DNA of 63,974 nucleotides, filler included. It is 10 parts of 10 records of this genome, joined end to end, with 100 filler letters (N's around TTAATTAATTAA, not from the genome) between each part and the next. Parts side by side here need not be neighbours in the genome. Positions count along the whole stretch, not along the records: positions 60,893 to 63,974 come from SRR20825010_4775; 9 more parts are not named here. One strand, 5' to 3'. The notes beneath the pieces are model-generated. The model saw only the letters and a program-made list of their open reading frames with translations. It did not search any database and had not been told where the DNA came from. The position numbers and the translations under genes were made by a program. Of the stretch, positions 61,394 through 63,974 are shown in pieces; position 1 is the stretch's first letter, and each line of letters starts with the position of its first letter.

Positions 61394-62527
61394 TTATCCT
61401 GACAGGTTTTCCAGCGCATCACGAAGATGGGCGACCGTGCGCTCGATGTTGTGCAGCTTATCGAGACCGAATAGCCCAATTCTGAAGGTTCTGAAGCCGG
61501 CTGGCTCGTCACATTGCAAGGGTACGCCCGCGGCAATTTGCAGCCCCTGTTCCATAAATTTCCTGCCATTGTGGATATCCGGGTCATCCGTATAGCAGAC
61601 CACGACGCCGGGTGCCTGAAAGCCCTCGGCGGCAACACTCTTGAAACCCCGGTCAGTGAGAAGCTGGCGAACCTTCTGTCCCAATTCGAGCTGTTCCTGT
61701 TTCACTTTGTCAAAACCATAGCTTTCGGTTTCCTGCATGGTATCGCGGAATTTCAGCAGGGCGTCGGTGGGCATGGTGGCGTGGTAGGCGTGGCCACCAT
61801 TCTCATAGGCTTCCATGATCTGTAGCCATTTGCGCAGGTCGCAGGCAAAGCTGCTGCTGGTCGTGTGATCAATACGCTGTCGCGCTTCTTTGCCCAGCAT
61901 GACCAGCGCACTGCAGGGAGATGCGCTCCAGCCTTTTTGCGGTGCACTGATCAGGATATCGACGCCACAGGCCTGCATATCCACCCAGAGCGTGCCCGAC
62001 GCAATGCAGTCGAGCACAAACAGGCCTCCCACCGCGTGAACGGCATCCGCCACCGCTCGAATATAGTGGTCGGGCAGGAGCATGCCAGCGGCGGTTTCCA
62101 CATGGGGTGCAAAAACCATCGCCGGTTTTTCTTCGTGAATCCATGTGGTGACTTCATCAATGGGGGCGGGCGCCAGTGCGGGTTGTTCGGGGTCAGTGTC
62201 CACTGCCCGTGCTTTCATCACAGTAATATCGTCGCTGATTTTGCCCATTTCCAGAATCTGGCTCCAGCGGTAGCTGAACCAGCCGTTACGAATCACCAGA
62301 CATTTTTTATCCGTGGCGAACTGACGCGCTACCGCTTCCATACCGTAGGTGCCGCCACCGGGGACCACCACAACGGCCTCGGCGTGGTAAACCTGCTTTA
62401 ATGTGCTGGATATGTCATTCATCACCGTCTGAAAACGTTTGGACATGTGATTCAGTGAGCGGTCGGTGAAGACCACGGAATATTCCAGTAAACCGCTGGG
62501 ATCGGTATCGGACAGTAGGCCGGGCAT
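61394..62527 (-). CDS. Class V PLP aminotransferase (serine-pyruvate / alanine-glyoxylate-like)
   Basis: GGGTYGME, HVET, LDCIAS, SAPQKGW and FRIGLFG motifs. Confidence 0.93.
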   Translation of the reverse strand: MPGLLSDTDPSGLLEYSVVFTDRSLNHMSKRFQTVMNDISSTLKQVYHAEAVVVVPGGGTYGMEAVARQFATDKKCLVIRNGWFSYRWSQILEMGKISDDITVMKARAVDTDPEQPALAPAPIDEVTTWIHEEKPAMVFAPHVETAAGMLLPDHYIRAVADAVHAVGGLFVLDCIASGTLWVDMQACGVDILISAPQKGWSASPCSALVMLGKEARQRIDHTTSSSFACDLRKWLQIMEAYENGGHAYHATMPTDALLKFRDTMQETESYGFDKVKQEQLELGQKVRQLLTDRGFKSVAAEGFQAPGVVVCYTDDPDIHNGRKFMEQGLQIAAGVPLQCDEPAGFRTFRIGLFGLDKLHNIERTVAHLRDALENLSG

Positions 62528-62855
62528 GGGGGCTCCTTCTTCTCAGTGCGCCATTCTTGTGTAAGGCCGGTCAGTATATTTTAAGCCGGTGAAGATTCCC
62601 AAAGCTTGTCGCCGAGTCGGCGTAAAATATTTGCTGTACAAACGGTTCATTATGAATGTGCCTTGCAGAGAAAAATCCAGTTCGGGTTATCCAAAATCCG
62701 GCGGACAAGTCAAATTTTTGTCGTCCAAAAAACTGATTTCTGGCCAGAAAAATGTCATTGAGCGGCGCGATTAATTTATTGATAACTTATTAAAAAATCG
62801 ATAGTTTTAATAGTTCCGCAGTTGATTTCAGCTTCTGTTTCATATGCGGCTAATG

Positions 62856-62880
62856 CTGTATTAACCACATGTTAATGCAG
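62856..62880. promoter_or_regulatory. Inverted repeat upstream of the small Cys-rich gene
   Basis: CTGTATTAAC-CACAT-GTTAATGCAG, 9/10 complementary arms. Confidence 0.45.
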
Positions 62881-62916
62881 TGGGTATTGGCTAACAATAA
62901 AATGATGAAGGGTTCT

Positions 62917-63129
62917 ATGGCTAGATATATTGTGACGAAAAAACCACAGGAAAATGGCAATCATATTGTCCACAATCTGGGCACCTGGTGTCCGGATTTG
63001 CCGGACTCTGTGGATCAGAAATCCCTGGGTAATTTCCCCACCTGCCAGGCGGCAATGAGGGAGGCGAAAAAACATTTTCAGGAGGTCAATGGCTGCTTTA
63101 AATGTTCACGAGCCTGCTTTGTAGGATAA
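62917..63129 (+). CDS. Small Cys/His-containing hypothetical protein (70 aa)
   Basis: MARYIVTKKPQENGNHIVH...C..LP...LG.F.TC..A.REAKK....NGCFKCSRAC; followed by its own terminator. Confidence 0.8.
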   Translation: MARYIVTKKPQENGNHIVHNLGTWCPDLPDSVDQKSLGNFPTCQAAMREAKKHFQEVNGCFKCSRACFVG

Positions 63130-63149
63130 ACTCCTCAAAGCAGTACAGC

Positions 63150-63177
63150 AGGGCCATTGAAAAGTGGCCCTTTTTTT
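63150..63177 (+). terminator. Rho-independent terminator
   Basis: AGGGCCATT-GAAA-AGTGGCCCT followed by a T run. Confidence 0.85.
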
Positions 63178-63300
63178 CTGGCCTGCCATTGGTGTTAATG
63201 GCAGGAAAACGGGGCGCTGGTCAATCGCGGGCCGACCCCAGCCGAGCATCCTGTCAGTGGATGGACCGCCTTGCTAGTCGTTTTTACATAGAGAGTTGGA

Positions 63301-63792
63301 ATGGAAAAGATATTTGAGAACACCATGTATGCCGCCCGCTGGTTGCTGGCGCCTATTTATTTTGGGTTGAGTTTTGCGTTGTTGGCCCTCGGCATAAAGT
63401 TTTTTGTCGAAGTGGCGCACACCTTGCCCATGATTCTGACCATGTCTGAAATGGACCTGATTCTGGTGGTGCTTTCGCTGGTGGATATTGCCCTGGTGGG
63501 TGGTCTGATTGTCATGGTGATGTTTGCCGGCTACGAGAATTTTGTCTCGCAACTGGATCTGAATGAATCCACCGACAAACTGGTCTGGCTGGGTAAGCTT
63601 GATACCAGCTCACTGAAAAACAAGGTGGCTGCATCCATTGTAGCCATTTCGTCGATTCACCTGCTGAAAGTTTTTATGAATGCGCCGGAAATAGCGAATG
63701 ACAAGATACTCTGGTATGTCGTGTTACATATGACCTTTGTGGTTTCTGCCTTTGCCATGGGCTTGCTGGACAGAATTATGACCCGTCACTAG
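63301..63792 (+). CDS. yqhA: UPF0114 / YqhA-family membrane protein
   Basis: [18 protein letters not shown] and [18 protein letters not shown] motifs. Confidence 0.92.
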   Translation: MEKIFENTMYAARWLLAPIYFGLSFALLALGIKFFVEVAHTLPMILTMSEMDLILVVLSLVDIALVGGLIVMVMFAGYENFVSQLDLNESTDKLVWLGKLDTSSLKNKVAASIVAISSIHLLKVFMNAPEIANDKILWYVVLHMTFVVSAFAMGLLDRIMTRH

Positions 63793-63941
63793 CCCGATTC
63801 TGGGTGACAGAACTCTCGATGATAGCCGTGGTGGGCAGGAGATGTCCTCCGTGATTTCCTGCATTGTGAATATTGCGTGATCCACTAACATAAACGCGGC
63901 ATAGCAGCGTTTGGTTTGGTTGAAACGGTGTAGAGCCGCCA

Positions 63942-63974
63942 GTACCGGAAATGCCCACGTGGCCTTTCCGGTAC
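63942..63974. repeat. Inverted repeat at window edge
   Basis: GTACCGGAAA-N13-TTTCCGGTAC. Confidence 0.55.

Noticed and set aside
62861-62875. TTAA-N7-TTAA as a CtrA box
   Set aside because: The contig appears gammaproteobacterial, where CtrA is absent; kept only as a generic inverted repeat
63776-63974. Partial gene or IS end at the right window edge
   Set aside because: No recognisable protein; the 10-bp inverted repeat fits a simple hairpin and its context is cut off

Overview
The window is not one locus. It is ten contigs joined by artificial 100-nt linkers (N44-TTAATTAATTAA-N44), and the contigs appear to come from several taxa, so synteny cannot be read across linkers. Contig 1 (1-11520) and contig 6 (40271-45239) look planctomycete (Rhodopirellula-like). 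Contig 1 carries hemG, a P1B-5 ATPase, glgX, a STAS/SEC14 protein, phosphoketolase and a histidine phosphatase, with sigma54-like promoters ahead of most transcription units. Contig 6 carries DUF1559, PSD1/cytochrome c and DUF1501 genes. Contigs 2-5 and 7-9 look alphaproteobacterial. Contig 2 has a PGM1-like pre-ATP-grasp gene and a class II glutamine amidotransferase gene diverging from an FNR box, followed by GDCCVxC and MFS genes. Contig 3 has pqqB, rpmG and ggt. Contig 4 has GH5 and GH29 glycosidases, tandem TauD dioxygenases, two nitronate monooxygenases, two LysRs and gcdH. Contig 5 has a GatC-type PTS IIC and a tRNA-Arg 3' end. Contig 7 is a ugp-like ABC operon, contig 8 a P450/SDR/GST cluster, and contig 9 carries GT2, sulfotransferase-like and carnitine dehydrogenase genes. 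Contig 10 (60893-63974) looks gammaproteobacterial. I found no CRISPR array, transposase, integrase or rRNA. The best candidates for undescribed systems are the FNR-boxed ATP-grasp/amidotransferase module, the sigma54-like planctomycete island, the LysR with twin operators between two nitronate monooxygenases, and a GatC permease in an alphaproteobacterium. All family assignments come from reading motifs by eye; no database search was run.
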